DNA of 64,000 nucleotides from Bacillota bacterium (GCA_051748565.1 JBNJHN010000002.1:3696-67695), one strand, 5' to 3'; positions 9,909 through 20,812 are shown, numbered from the stretch's first letter. A program made the numbers and translations. The notes: generated by a model not told the origin, from the letters alone.

Positions 9909-11624
9909 ATGCCTCTGTTTTCGGAACATAATCAGTGCTTAAAAAATAATATGGTTTTGTATAATGGGGTAATTTATACTGCTGACAACAGTGATAATAT
10001 AGTTGAAGCCCTCGCAGTAAAAGATGGAAAAATAGTTTTTACAGGCGGCAATAAGGAAGCGATGGAAACAGTTGATAATACTGCAGAAATTATCGACCTG
10101 GAAGGTAAAATGATTTTGCCCGGTTTTATCGACGCTCATATCCATGCCCCGGGCAGAATCCTGACCGATCTCTTTAACATAAGCCTTTATGATGAGCTCG
10201 ATCAAAAGGCAATCATCGAAGCTGTCAAGCATTATATAGAAGCAAATCCTGATCTTGAAATATATTACGGTGAAGGGTTTTCAATCGGGGCCTTTCGAGA
10301 AGAAGAAGTATCCCGGGGGCCTAAAAAAGAGCATCTTGACCGGATTTGTTCAACAAAACCGATTGTGCTTTATTCGTCAGACTGCCACCTGGCCTGGTTA
10401 AACAGTAAGGCTTTTGAATGTTTTGGTATAACCGGCAGCAGCCAGTCACCCCGGGGTGGGGTTATTGAGAAAGATCCCCTGTCTGGTGAATTGTGGGGCA
10501 CACTTAAAGAAGCAGCGATGCAGCTTATTCCAGATCAGAATTATAGTAAGGACCAGATTGAAGAGGCAATGTTGTTATTTCAGCAGCACCTTCACAGCCT
10601 GGGGTATACCGGTATTTTATCAGTTTCCATGGCTTCTGCTCCTCATCTGGAGACAATTCGCCTGTTGGAAGAAAAAAATAACCTTAAACTTTATGTGACT
10701 TCAAGTGTAACTATAGATCCGGACAAAGATTTGATTGAACAGTTTGATCGAATAGGAAAACTGCGGGCTGAATTCAGCTCGGACCTGCACTCTGTTAATA
10801 CGGTCAAGTTTTTTGCTGACGGAGTTGTTGAAGGAGCGACTGCTTATCTTCTGGAGCCATACAGCAATGCGGCCGGGAAGGGCAGTGATTATTGCGGGGA
10901 ATTTTTTTGGGATCCGGATAAACTTGAGGAAGCTTTCCTCCTGGCTAACAGTGCCGGTTTCCAGGTTCATGTACATTCTATCGGTGATGCTTCGACCAGG
11001 AATATTCTTAATGCCCTTGAGAAGGTTTCGAAACGTTTTCCCGGTCGGGATTGCCGCAACACTATTACTCATCTGCAGCTGGTCGAACCTTCAGATATCA
11101 GCCGATTCAGAAAAATGAAGATTATCGCCGCTATTCAGCCTTACTGGCATTATAAGGAACCGGGCTGGTGGGAAGTGGTTGATTATCATATGCTTGGTGA
11201 ACGTGCGGAAAGAGAGTATCCGCTTCAGTCTTTTTTGCTGGCCGGTGTCACGGTTGTTTCTTCGTCTGACCATCCGGTTACTCCCGATCCTAACCCGTTA
11301 AAGGCGATCAGGGCCGGAGTTACCCGTAATATCTTTTCTGAAGAATACTATGGAGTTGATCCGATTAAAAATGCAGATGATCCAAGATGGCTTTTAAACA
11401 AAGGAGAACGCAGTTCACTTGCTGATATGATTCGAAGCTTTACCGCAGCAAGTGCATATGCAATGTTCAGAGAAGATATTACAGGAACGCTTGAAGCAGG
11501 CAAAAATGCAGATTTTATCATACTCGATCATAACCTTATCACTATGGATCCTTTGTTTATAGACAAAGTGCGCATCCTGAAAACTTATTTTAAGGGAGAA
11601 CTTGTTTATAACGTAGAAATGTAA
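9909..11624 (+). CDS. amidohydrolase family protein (second paralogue)
   Basis: FIDAHIHAPG HxH motif and the same domain order as the 6957 gene. GGGAGGG SD sits 9 nt upstream. Confidence 0.72.
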   Translation: MPLFSEHNQCLKNNMVLYNGVIYTADNSDNIVEALAVKDGKIVFTGGNKEAMETVDNTAEIIDLEGKMILPGFIDAHIHAPGRILTDLFNISLYDELDQKAIIEAVKHYIEANPDLEIYYGEGFSIGAFREEEVSRGPKKEHLDRICSTKPIVLYSSDCHLAWLNSKAFECFGITGSSQSPRGGVIEKDPLSGELWGTLKEAAMQLIPDQNYSKDQIEEAMLLFQQHLHSLGYTGILSVSMASAPHLETIRLLEEKNNLKLYVTSSVTIDPDKDLIEQFDRIGKLRAEFSSDLHSVNTVKFFADGVVEGATAYLLEPYSNAAGKGSDYCGEFFWDPDKLEEAFLLANSAGFQVHVHSIGDASTRNILNALEKVSKRFPGRDCRNTITHLQLVEPSDISRFRKMKIIAAIQPYWHYKEPGWWEVVDYHMLGERAEREYPLQSFLLAGVTVVSSSDHPVTPDPNPLKAIRAGVTRNIFSEEYYGVDPIKNADDPRWLLNKGERSSLADMIRSFTAASAYAMFREDITGTLEAGKNADFIILDHNLITMDPLFIDKVRILKTYFKGELVYNVEM

Positions 11625-11673
11625 ATTTTATAATAGGCTCTATTTAACCCTAAAAAACGGAGTTGGTTTCTAA

Positions 11674-12594
11674 ATGAAGGGAATAAAATTGTTTATATTG
11701 ATCATCTTATTTTTGTTATTGGTTCCCCTATGCTGGGTTTTTCAGGCCAGTTTAACTGCCGAACTTACTGTACTCAATAGTACTTACTATGAAGACTTGC
11801 TGACAGAAACTGAACTAACCAGTTACTTGCATGAATTACTGCATGATCGATTCTTGGTAAATATTTCGGAACAGATGCCGGAAACCCTGGCAAAAGTTGT
11901 AACCGAAATATTGATGTTTGTTTTTGACGAGGATTGGCTGGAGGAGCAGATCCTTTATATAACCGACGACCTGCTGCTCTACGTTAAAGGGGATCAGCCT
12001 GCGGTGCAGGCTGTAATTGATTTGCGTGTAAAGAAAGAGCAGATCAGGTCCAATCTTGAAACAGCCTTAAATCTATTACCGGATCAACTCCTGGCCATGC
12101 TCGGATTTGACCCGCAGGCGATAGGAGATTTAACGGAAATGTTAGTTGATAATATGCCCCTGCCCAATCGGATCGCAGCAAAGGATATTTTATCCGAAGA
12201 AGGGGAGCATGGTAATTTGATGACTTCACTGATAAAAGTAAGACAGTATCGTTCATTATACACTTATCTGACATATGCTGCTTTAATTCTGCTCATATTA
12301 TTTAATTATCTGTTGGCCGGGGTGGCAGGAGCTTTTAAATGGTTCGGGGCTGCTGTGCTTGTGTCCGGAATTAGTTTTTTCCTGGTCCTGCAGGCGGTAT
12401 TGATGTTTTTAATGGCGCCCCTCACAGATGCTTTGGAAACAGGCGGGCTGCTTCAACCGGATATTTTTGCCACCGTCATAGAATTCAGTGCAACCCGAAC
12501 GACCTTTATACCAGTTTACTTCAGCCTGGCGGGACTGGTTATAGTGCTAAGCGGGATCCTGGCCGGCAGGCTGGTTAAAAGAAATACAATTTAA
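11674..12594 (+). CDS. membrane protein, hypothetical
   Basis: N-terminal signal-anchor, a roughly 180-aa soluble region, then C-terminal TM helices. No HlyD-like motifs, so it is not an obvious membrane fusion protein. Confidence 0.45.
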   Translation: MKGIKLFILIILFLLLVPLCWVFQASLTAELTVLNSTYYEDLLTETELTSYLHELLHDRFLVNISEQMPETLAKVVTEILMFVFDEDWLEEQILYITDDLLLYVKGDQPAVQAVIDLRVKKEQIRSNLETALNLLPDQLLAMLGFDPQAIGDLTEMLVDNMPLPNRIAAKDILSEEGEHGNLMTSLIKVRQYRSLYTYLTYAALILLILFNYLLAGVAGAFKWFGAAVLVSGISFFLVLQAVLMFLMAPLTDALETGGLLQPDIFATVIEFSATRTTFIPVYFSLAGLVIVLSGILAGRLVKRNTI

Positions 12595-12661
12595 GAGAAT
12601 AGGTAATAAAAATAATTGATACCTTTTATTAATCTTATGATATGCTATAATATATCATGAA

Positions 12662-12685
12662 CTGACCGACCGGTCGGCCGGTCAG
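12662..12685. promoter_or_regulatory. inverted repeat CTGACCG-N10-CGGTCAG (with inner palindrome CCGACCGGTCGG), candidate TetR operator
   Basis: Near-perfect dyad located 25 nt upstream of the RND gene start and just downstream of a TATAAT at 12646. Confidence 0.4.
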
Positions 12686-12708
12686 CGTGACTTTTGCGGA
12701 GGCAATAA

Positions 12709-15700
12709 ATGATGAGTTTATCGAAAATAGCAGTTAAAAGACCTGTGGCAACCGGAACGATACTGCTGTTAATATTGTTGATCGGTTCGGTCAGTCTTTA
12801 CCAGAGTCCTCTTGACCTGCTGCCCGATATCCAGCCCCCGGTGCTGGCGGTGATAACTGTATTTCCGGGCAGTTCTCCCCAGGAAACTCTTGAACTGGTT
12901 ACCCGGCCGGTGGAAGAAGGGGTATCTGCTGTCAGCGGCCTGACCAATCTAAATTCTTTTTCCCAGGAAAACCTTTCTCTTGTGATTATGCAGTTTGATT
13001 GGGGTATGGATATCAACAGGGTCCGTGAAGATGTTAATGTGCGTATGGATTTGCTTAATTTACCCGACGGGGTCCAGCGGCCGATGGTTCTCAAATTTGA
13101 TCCGACCCTGATGCCAATTATGGTTGTTTCGGCCAGTGGAAGCAATGATAAGGTTCACTTAACCGAATGGCTTGAAGACACCGTATCTCCGAGACTCGAT
13201 TCGATCCCAGGCGTGGCCAGCGTACAGGTCCAGGGTGGAGCGGAACAAGATCTTTTTGTCCGCACTTCACCTGACACAATGGCCGAGTATGAAGTATCAT
13301 TTGAACAGATTGCCAATGTGCTGCGGGCCAGCCTGGTAGATTTGCCGGCCGGAATTATTGATCTCGAGGATCGTCAGGTGAGGATTCGATTTCTGGGTCG
13401 CTATGCAGAAGTAGAAATGCTTTCCGATCTGGTTGTTGGATTCCAGGTTGACCAGGATGCTCTTGAAGAGATGATCGGTCGGGAAGTTGATATAGATTTA
13501 AACCGGATGCTCGCCGGGCAGGATAATATCTTATCAGGTGGCATTGGCGGAGGATTTAGCCAGGTGCCGATGCGGGAAATATACTGGGATGATATTTTTG
13601 ATTTTAAAAGAGCTGTAATTTCCGCCGGAAAGCTTTTAATTCCCTTGAACGAAGAGTGGGCAGCCCGGCATGATCAAGAAGTTGAAAGCAGGCTGTTTCT
13701 CTTTACAGCCAATCCCCATATAAGTTACGAGCCGGAAAAATTACTCATGAATCTTTCTTTGACTTCTTTGGGCAGATCTCGCTTAGATGACAGTACAGTC
13801 AGCCTGGAGGATATTTGGATTATAGAACAAGCCGTCTGGGACAGCAACCGGATTATTGTTCCAATTGATCCGGTAAGCATGGATCTTTATGCTTTAGATG
13901 CTGCGGATCTTTCTGCCTTGGCCGAAAGCAATCCCCTCGTCATAGGGTCCGGCAGCAATTATCTGCTGGTTGCATTTCATGAAAACTGGGAAAATATCCG
14001 CAGTAAACCTATTGTTTCACTGCCTGATTACGGCGCCTGGCTTTCAAACGTGCAGAGTGAAGTGGCAAAGGGGGTTGACGATGCTACGCGTCGCCTCGAG
14101 GATAGTCTTAGCGATTTGGCCACTACAATGATTCTAAGCTCTATGAACCAGGGTCCTTCCAATTTTGCCGGGTTTGAATTTGACGGCGATTTTCCGATAA
14201 ACCCTGTATCCCTGGGTATGCTGGCAGAGATCGAGCAGGATATTTACAGCCCGACAACTATAACACGCTTTAACCGGCAGCCCAGTATCAGCCTGGTAAT
14301 TCAAAAAGAAGGCGATGCCAATACAGTGCTGGTTTCCCGTCAGATCAGGGGTGTTCTTGACCAGCTTTCTGAAGAGAGTACAGCGGGTTTCTCCCGGGTA
14401 ACCTTTAGCACCGTTTTAGATCAGGCGGAAGAGATTGAGCGGGCTTTGGCCGACCTGGCCTGGGCATTGGCCGGCGGGGCCCTTCTGGCCATTATAGTGT
14501 TGATTTTATTCCTGCGAAACTGGCGTACTACAATGTTCATTGGTTTAAGTATCCCGGTAGCAATCATTGCCACTTTTACACTTCTCTATTTTGCCAACCT
14601 GACTATTAACCTGATGACCCTGGGTGGATTGGCCCTGGCGGCAGGCATGCTTGTAGACAATGCCATTGTTGTCAGTGAAAATATTTTTCGGCGTTACCAG
14701 ATGGGTGAAAATCCTTCGGAAGCATCCGTAAACGGCGCACGGGAGGTTGCAGGAGCCATTACCGCTTCTACGCTGACTACAATAAGCGTCTTTTTCCCCG
14801 TTGTATTTATTAGCGGCCTGGCCGGTCAGATTTTCTGGGAATTTGCCTTAACCGTGGCCTGTGCAATTCTTGCTTCACTTTTAGTCGCCCTGACAGTAAT
14901 TCCTCTTTTAGCTTCACGCTCACTGGGCCTTCACCATCAAAGACATGCTGAGAGCTTTAGCACATCACGCTTGCCTACTTATCGTTCCCTTCTTAAATTG
15001 GCTGTACGTCATCCCTGGTGGGTGCTTATATTTGCCGCTTTTTTTATTGCAATGGGAGCCATCGGTTTTACAACATTGGGAACTGAACTTTTCCCGCCAA
15101 CAGATGAATCATCATTTACGATTAGCATTTCTCTTCTCCCCGGTACTACCCTGGCGATTACAGATGCTTACTCGACTGAAGCGGAAAAGATCCTGGAGAA
15201 CAGGGTGGGAGTTGCTTCCTTCTCGACTACAGTTGGTGGATCCGGCTTCTTAAACATGTTTGGCGGGGGTGGTTCTTCGAATCAGTCCAGCATCAGTGTG
15301 AAAATTGATCCGGATCATATTGGGGATATAGATCGGATCATTGCAGAAGTCAGGCGAGATATGCTGGCCTTGCCGGTAGAAGCAGATCTGAGCTTTTCCA
15401 GGGATTCCGTGCTTGATACTGCCGGACTGGAAAGCGGCCTTGACCTGGTGGTGAGCGGCCCCGATCTGGATCAGATCATTGCTATAACCGGCCAGGCGGT
15501 GCAGGTTCTGTCAGAGAACCCGCAATTTACCGATGTTCAATCTTCGCTTGAAGAGAGCCGTCCGGAAATACATATTCGTTTAGATCAAAGCCAGGCCTTG
15601 CAGAAAGGTGTGACCCAGGTTCAGGTAGCTACAGCAGTTCGTCAGGCACTCGAGGGTATCCCGGTCAGTCGAATTGAGACCGAAGCAGGCATACTGAGCA

Positions 15701-16731
15701 TAATTCTCGGATATCAAAAAAGCGATATTAAGACAATTGAAGACCTTGCCCGGATCGGTTTTTATACACCTGCCGGTGAATTCCTGCACCTGGATGAAAT
15801 TGCTACTTTGACTGAAAATTTTGGGCCCCGGAGTATACCCCGTGAGAATCAAATGGTGGTCGGCCAGATCCAATTGCAGTATGGCGCACTTGATCTCGGC
15901 ATGGCTACAAGCCTTGCTTTAGAAGAACTGGAAGTAATAACTCTGCCGAATGGATATGAAATCAAGCCTGCAGGCAGCTTTACCCTTATGGGAGATGTAC
16001 TTTCAGAGCTGGAACTGGTCCTGTTTATGGCTGCCCTGCTGGTCTACCTGGTCATGGCAGCCCAGTTTGAATCGCTGCTGCACCCGTTTATCATTATCTG
16101 TACTTTACCGCTGGCCTACACCGGTTCGGTAATTGCCCTTATGATTACCGGTAATAGCATCAGTATCCCTGCCATGATCGGCGTAGTGGTTCTTTCAGGT
16201 ATCCTTGTCAATGACGGAATTATTATGGTCGATTTCATTAATCAGCAAAGAAGACTGCACGGTCTTGGCCTGCAGGAAGCAATTATTGAAGGAGCTGTTG
16301 CCCGTTTGAGGCCGATCCTGATGACAACTGCTACAACTGTGCTGGGGCTGATTCCACTGGCTTTAGGCCTGGGAGAAGGAAGTCAACTCCAGGCACCGAT
16401 GGCTATAACGATCATTGGGGGCCAAATCACGGGAACCATTCTGCTCCTTCTGGCCATTCCCTCTATTTATAAAGTTCTGACCCGGGAGACGGCAGAACAA
16501 AGAGACAAGTATGCAGAGGAAGAAGCGCCAGAATCTCTGGCGGCAGCAGGTGGTGGAGCAGGCGTATCGATTCCCGCCCGCGGGCAAAAAAGCAATCATC
16601 AACTCCTGAAAAGTAAAGATAAGCCTCTATTTATACTTATCCTGCGTATGGTAATTGTGCTCATTTTGGCGGCGGTTATTTTAATCCTGCTCGGGACTTC
16701 CGGGCAGGAACTGCTGACTGTAATTCAGTAA
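12709..16731 (+). CDS. RND superfamily efflux permease (AcrB/HAE-like), atypically long
   Basis: 12 core TM helices flank two large periplasmic loops, and conserved RND TM motifs are present. Loop 1 is about 550 aa, roughly 250 aa longer than the AcrB norm. There is also a roughly 100-aa C-terminal extension with an extra hydrophobic helix. Confidence 0.85.
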   Translation: MMSLSKIAVKRPVATGTILLLILLIGSVSLYQSPLDLLPDIQPPVLAVITVFPGSSPQETLELVTRPVEEGVSAVSGLTNLNSFSQENLSLVIMQFDWGMDINRVREDVNVRMDLLNLPDGVQRPMVLKFDPTLMPIMVVSASGSNDKVHLTEWLEDTVSPRLDSIPGVASVQVQGGAEQDLFVRTSPDTMAEYEVSFEQIANVLRASLVDLPAGIIDLEDRQVRIRFLGRYAEVEMLSDLVVGFQVDQDALEEMIGREVDIDLNRMLAGQDNILSGGIGGGFSQVPMREIYWDDIFDFKRAVISAGKLLIPLNEEWAARHDQEVESRLFLFTANPHISYEPEKLLMNLSLTSLGRSRLDDSTVSLEDIWIIEQAVWDSNRIIVPIDPVSMDLYALDAADLSALAESNPLVIGSGSNYLLVAFHENWENIRSKPIVSLPDYGAWLSNVQSEVAKGVDDATRRLEDSLSDLATTMILSSMNQGPSNFAGFEFDGDFPINPVSLGMLAEIEQDIYSPTTITRFNRQPSISLVIQKEGDANTVLVSRQIRGVLDQLSEESTAGFSRVTFSTVLDQAEEIERALADLAWALAGGALLAIIVLILFLRNWRTTMFIGLSIPVAIIATFTLLYFANLTINLMTLGGLALAAGMLVDNAIVVSENIFRRYQMGENPSEASVNGAREVAGAITASTLTTISVFFPVVFISGLAGQIFWEFALTVACAILASLLVALTVIPLLASRSLGLHHQRHAESFSTSRLPTYRSLLKLAVRHPWWVLIFAAFFIAMGAIGFTTLGTELFPPTDESSFTISISLLPGTTLAITDAYSTEAEKILENRVGVASFSTTVGGSGFLNMFGGGGSSNQSSISVKIDPDHIGDIDRIIAEVRRDMLALPVEADLSFSRDSVLDTAGLESGLDLVVSGPDLDQIIAITGQAVQVLSENPQFTDVQSSLEESRPEIHIRLDQSQALQKGVTQVQVATAVRQALEGIPVSRIETEAGILSIILGYQKSDIKTIEDLARIGFYTPAGEFLHLDEIATLTENFGPRSIPRENQMVVGQIQLQYGALDLGMATSLALEELEVITLPNGYEIKPAGSFTLMGDVLSELELVLFMAALLVYLVMAAQFESLLHPFIIICTLPLAYTGSVIALMITGNSISIPAMIGVVVLSGILVNDGIIMVDFINQQRRLHGLGLQEAIIEGAVARLRPILMTTATTVLGLIPLALGLGEGSQLQAPMAITIIGGQITGTILLLLAIPSIYKVLTRETAEQRDKYAEEEAPESLAAAGGGAGVSIPARGQKSNHQLLKSKDKPLFILILRMVIVLILAAVILILLGTSGQELLTVIQ

Positions 16732-16785
16732 CAGCTGAAGAACCGGTTCTTATAGAATCATAGTGCAAGAAAGGAGGAATCACTA

Positions 16786-17424
16786 ATGGAGGTAGTAAAT
16801 CATCAGAAAAGAGAAGCGGGCAAAAAGAAAGAACAGATCCTGTTGGCGGCAGTGGAGATGTTCCTGGATAAAGACTTTTACCAGGTGACTATAGTCGAGA
16901 TTGCCGAACGGGCCGGAGTCGGTAAAGGAACCGTTTATGAATATTTTTCCAGCAAAGAAGACCTCTTTAAAGAAAGTTTCTCTTACTGTGCCGAAGCATA
17001 TCTCCAATCATTCAGGCAGCATTTAACTGAACCGGCATCGGTAAAAAAAACCATGCATGATATAGTCAGGACCCACCTTGAACTGATAAAAGACAATCGC
17101 AAAAGATTGCACCTTCTCTTCAATGAGCGGCCCCTGAGCTTTCAGGAATTGCAATCCTGGGTTCTCGACAGGCGCCAGGAACTACTTCAGGGTATCGCTT
17201 CCTTAATCGATGAAGGCATTAATTTGAAAGAAGTTCGGCCTGATATTGATGTTGAAATGGCAGCACGTCTTTTTCTTGCCCTCAACTATGTAGTGATGGG
17301 CGGCATGGTTATATTGGACAATGTTGAAGTAGGGGAAGAACAGATATCCACCCTGCTTGACATATATTGGAATGGAATAGGCAATAACCTGGCAGCACCC
17401 GGCCTTCAAGATCCGAAATCCTAA
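16786..17424 (+). CDS. TetR/AcrR family transcriptional regulator
   Basis: N-terminal HTH (AGVGKGTVYEYFSSKEDLF), located immediately downstream of the RND gene. Confidence 0.85.
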   Translation: MEVVNHQKREAGKKKEQILLAAVEMFLDKDFYQVTIVEIAERAGVGKGTVYEYFSSKEDLFKESFSYCAEAYLQSFRQHLTEPASVKKTMHDIVRTHLELIKDNRKRLHLLFNERPLSFQELQSWVLDRRQELLQGIASLIDEGINLKEVRPDIDVEMAARLFLALNYVVMGGMVILDNVEVGEEQISTLLDIYWNGIGNNLAAPGLQDPKS

Positions 17425-17505
17425 AGCCATGGTTCTTTTTAGGAGCCAGGCATTACTCTATCACGGGTTTGCCGTATTTCGTTTACCTGATTTATGTTGA
17501 TGCTT

Positions 17506-18702
17506 TTATTTCAAAGCAGCGCCAATTTCTTTGCCGTAATCAACGGCGGAGGCTATTTCTTCGTCACCGGGGCTCCAAAGCATTCTCAGCCCTTTTTTAT
17601 TGATCAGCTCAAAACCAGCATCTTCCAACATCTCACTGACCAGCTTAACCGATTCGCCGCTCCATCCGTAGCATCCAAAAGCTGCTCCTTTTTTCAGCTG
17701 AAAGTTTAAGCCCTTGGCCAAATCCATTAAAGCAGTGATCGAATGAAGGATACCCTTATTTACTGTCGGAGAACCGACTACAATACCTTTGGACTTGAAT
17801 ATTTCAGTGATTACATCATTGATATCCGAACGGGCGGCATTGTAGAGTTTAATATTTATTGTGTCGTTGGTTTCTTTTATACCTGCTGCAATTGCTTCGG
17901 CAGCTTTTCTGGTCCCGTCCCACATGGTGTCGTAGATCACTGTTACCTGGTTCTCCTGGTAGCTGTCGGCCCATTCCAGGTACTTATTTACAATCTGCAG
18001 GGGATCTTCACGCCAGATAACCCCATGACTGGGACAGATCATATCCACAGGTAGCCCTAACCCGACTACCTCTTTTATTTTAGCGCTAACCAGTTTACTG
18101 AAAGGGGTAAGGATATTGGCATAATACTTAATTGCTTCCTCAAAGAGCTCGCATTGATCTACCAGATCATTATACATAAGCTCACTGGCGTAGTGTTGAC
18201 CGAAAGCATCGTTGGGGAACAATATATTATCTTCGGTCAGGTAACAGAACATGCTATCGGGCCAGTGCAGCATTTTCGCTTCAATAAAGATGAGCTCTTT
18301 GCCGCCCAGGTCGATTTTGTCGCCGGTCTTTACCGGCTGGAAATTCCAGTCCTGGTGGTATTGACCGCGCAGTGACTTAACGCCAGCCCCGCTGCAGTAT
18401 ACCGGGGTGCCCGGTATCTCACGCAGTAGTTCAGGCAGGGAACCGCTATGATCAACTTCGCCATGATTGGCGATAATATAATCAATCTCTTTTAAATTAA
18501 TTTCCCTTTTAAGCTTAGTAACGAACTCTTCAGCAAAGGGACGCCAGACCGTATCGATCAAAACAATTTTATCTTTTCCTCTGACCAGGTATGAGTTATA
18601 GGAACTTCCTCTGTGAGCGCTCAACTCCTCACCATGAAATTTGCGCAGTTCCCAATCAATTTTTCCTACCCAGGTTATATTATCGTTAACCTTGAATGCC
18701 AT
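17506..18702 (-). CDS. flavodiiron protein (FprA / rubredoxin:oxygen oxidoreductase type A)
   Basis: Metallo-beta-lactamase-like diiron domain (ANHGEVDHSGSLP) followed by a flavodoxin-like domain. 398 aa. Confidence 0.85.
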   Translation of the reverse strand: MAFKVNDNITWVGKIDWELRKFHGEELSAHRGSSYNSYLVRGKDKIVLIDTVWRPFAEEFVTKLKREINLKEIDYIIANHGEVDHSGSLPELLREIPGTPVYCSGAGVKSLRGQYHQDWNFQPVKTGDKIDLGGKELIFIEAKMLHWPDSMFCYLTEDNILFPNDAFGQHYASELMYNDLVDQCELFEEAIKYYANILTPFSKLVSAKIKEVVGLGLPVDMICPSHGVIWREDPLQIVNKYLEWADSYQENQVTVIYDTMWDGTRKAAEAIAAGIKETNDTINIKLYNAARSDINDVITEIFKSKGIVVGSPTVNKGILHSITALMDLAKGLNFQLKKGAAFGCYGWSGESVKLVSEMLEDAGFELINKKGLRMLWSPGDEEIASAVDYGKEIGAALK

Positions 18703-18729
18703 CTTCGATAACCTCCTTTTAAATATATA

Positions 18730-19056
18730 TTAGGAGCGGATCATAACCAGCATCATTTTGAACCGTTCATTTGCTTTCAGGGCATGCGGTTCATTAGCCG
18801 GCATTATTATTGTTTCGCCTTCCTTAACACTATGTGATTTGCCGGAGATGATTATTTCCCCGGTTCCGTCCAGGATACATACAAGGGCATCAAATGGAGC
18901 AGTATGTTCACTTAATCCCTGGCCCTGTTCAAATGCAAAAACAGTTACCGTCCCGGTTTCTTTTTTCAATATTTCTTTGCTTACTACAGCGCCGTCCTGG
19001 TAATTGGTTAATTCTTTCAGATTTGCAGTTTTTGCCAAAAGGCTTTGCTCATTCAT
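18730..19056 (-). CDS. cupin domain protein (co-transcribed upstream of fprA)
   Basis: Cupin motif (EHTAPFDALVCILDGTGEI...PHAL). The gap to fprA is 27 nt. Confidence 0.55.
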   Translation of the reverse strand: MNEQSLLAKTANLKELTNYQDGAVVSKEILKKETGTVTVFAFEQGQGLSEHTAPFDALVCILDGTGEIIISGKSHSVKEGETIIMPANEPHALKANERFKMMLVMIRS

Positions 19057-19085
19057 TTAACCGCCTCCAAGATAAGGAATAATTT

Positions 19086-19102
19086 ATAACCAATTAGGTT
19101 AT
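19086..19102. promoter_or_regulatory. inverted repeat ATAACC-AATTA-GGTTAT upstream of the cupin-fprA operon
   Basis: Perfect 6-bp arms, 30 nt upstream of the cupin start codon on the minus strand. Confidence 0.3.
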
Positions 19103-19231
19103 GTATATTTTATCATAGGATGGAATCAGGCACAACTGCAAATAAGGAATATTTCGGAGCAGGAATAACCTTAAGCGCTGTCAAAGTTAAATTGAAATTC
19201 GTTAAAAAATAATTGCCGGGAGTGGTGAGTA

Positions 19232-20164
19232 GTGAATAAAAGGAAGGCAATAATAATTTCCCTGGTCGTGATTTCAGTACTTGCGGTTATCGCACTGCCT
19301 TTTCTGGGCGAAATATTTCCCGGACGGGGGCCTTCGCGATTTGGAGAAGATCGAATTGTGGTCATCAGGCTGAGTGGGACAATCCAGGAGGCTCAGGGCG
19401 GTTTCTTGTCCGGCGGAATCTCCCCCCGTCTTGTTCATAGTCAGCTTCAGCGTGCCGCGGTTGACAGCTCGATCGCAGGTGTTATTTTGAGGGTTGATAG
19501 CCCGGGAGGATCATTAGCTGCTTCACAGGAGATTGCCGCCATGGTCAGGGATTTTAAAAAACCGATTGTTGTTTCCATGGCTGATATGGCGGCATCCGGG
19601 GGGTATTACATATCTGCACCTGCCCAGGGTATTGTAGCCCAGCCCGGAACAATGACCGGTTCCATTGGGGTGATCAGCACACTGATGAATTTGGATGGGC
19701 TTTATGAAAAACTTGGCATTGAAGTTGAAACATTCAAGACAGGAGAGCATAAAGATATGTTCAGCCGCAACCTGACTGAAGCAGAGAGGCTGATCATACA
19801 GGAAATTTCGGACGAAGCCTACAATCAGTTTATAGCAGATGTAGCCGAAGGCAGGGGAATGAGCATAGCAGAAGTGCGCAAGCTGGCTACAGGCCAGATC
19901 TATCTCGGCAGCCAGGCACTTGAACTGGGACTGGTGGATCGGCTCGGCGGAGTTGATGAGGCCATTGAATTCCTGGCGGAGCTCAATGACTTGAAAAACC
20001 CGGTTCGTTATGAATTTCCGCAGCCCTCTATGTTTACTCAGCTGTTCGACTATGGCTATCGGCTAATGTCGGTACTTGAGAAAGCTGTGCTCAAACCCGA
20101 ATTGTTAATGTTCAACATGCTGCGGGAAGGTATACCGCCCGATATTCGTTACCAGGTGCGGTAA
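19232..20164 (+). CDS. sppA: signal peptide peptidase SppA (36K type)
   Basis: S49 motifs (VSMADMAASGGYYIS) and an N-terminal TM. GTG start. Confidence 0.82.
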   Translation: MNKRKAIIISLVVISVLAVIALPFLGEIFPGRGPSRFGEDRIVVIRLSGTIQEAQGGFLSGGISPRLVHSQLQRAAVDSSIAGVILRVDSPGGSLAASQEIAAMVRDFKKPIVVSMADMAASGGYYISAPAQGIVAQPGTMTGSIGVISTLMNLDGLYEKLGIEVETFKTGEHKDMFSRNLTEAERLIIQEISDEAYNQFIADVAEGRGMSIAEVRKLATGQIYLGSQALELGLVDRLGGVDEAIEFLAELNDLKNPVRYEFPQPSMFTQLFDYGYRLMSVLEKAVLKPELLMFNMLREGIPPDIRYQVR

Positions 20165-20212
20165 ACCCGTTAAGAGTATAATATTAACCGGAGAATTCAG
20201 GGAGGCTGCAAT

Positions 20213-20812
20213 ATGGGTGATAAAATATTTGACTGGCTCTATGGTGTAATTACCAGACCGGTGCCGACTTTAAATGAAATAGCCCGGGAAAGGCCGGCTG
20301 GCTGGGCTTTCCTGGTTTATATTGGGGTTACCTTCCTTACTGCCGCCACTTCTTTTTACAGTCGACAGGCTTATGGTACCATTGATGAAGTAATGTTTGA
20401 ATTTGGCATGGCTATCCCCATTCCATTAATTTTAGCTGCGGCAATATTGTTCAGTATAGCTTCGCTCTTTCTTTCAACGGCGCTGATCAATATTTTTGCC
20501 CGCCTGTTCGGCGGGCAGGGCGGTTACTGGAACCTATTTTCCGCTTATGCTTTTGCCGGTTTCCCAATGATTATTGCCGTGCCGGTCACCTTTCTGGCCG
20601 GTTTTCTTGGCCTTTTCGGCATTATTATAAGTGGTCTGGTTAGCTTCGCTCTTTCAATATGGGTTCTTGTGCTCATGATCCTGGGAATCAGGGAGAGTCA
20701 TGGCCTCTCTACAGGAATGAGCATCCTTGCTTATATTCTTCAGTTCGTGATTCTGATTATTATTCCGGTTGTAGTAATCATAGCAATCGTGGTTGCAATT
20801 TTTGCTTTTTAG
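20213..20812 (+). CDS. Yip1-domain membrane protein
   Basis: Five TM helices with Yip1-like topology. GGGAGG SD. Confidence 0.55.
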   Translation: MGDKIFDWLYGVITRPVPTLNEIARERPAGWAFLVYIGVTFLTAATSFYSRQAYGTIDEVMFEFGMAIPIPLILAAAILFSIASLFLSTALINIFARLFGGQGGYWNLFSAYAFAGFPMIIAVPVTFLAGFLGLFGIIISGLVSFALSIWVLVLMILGIRESHGLSTGMSILAYILQFVILIIIPVVVIIAIVVAIFAF

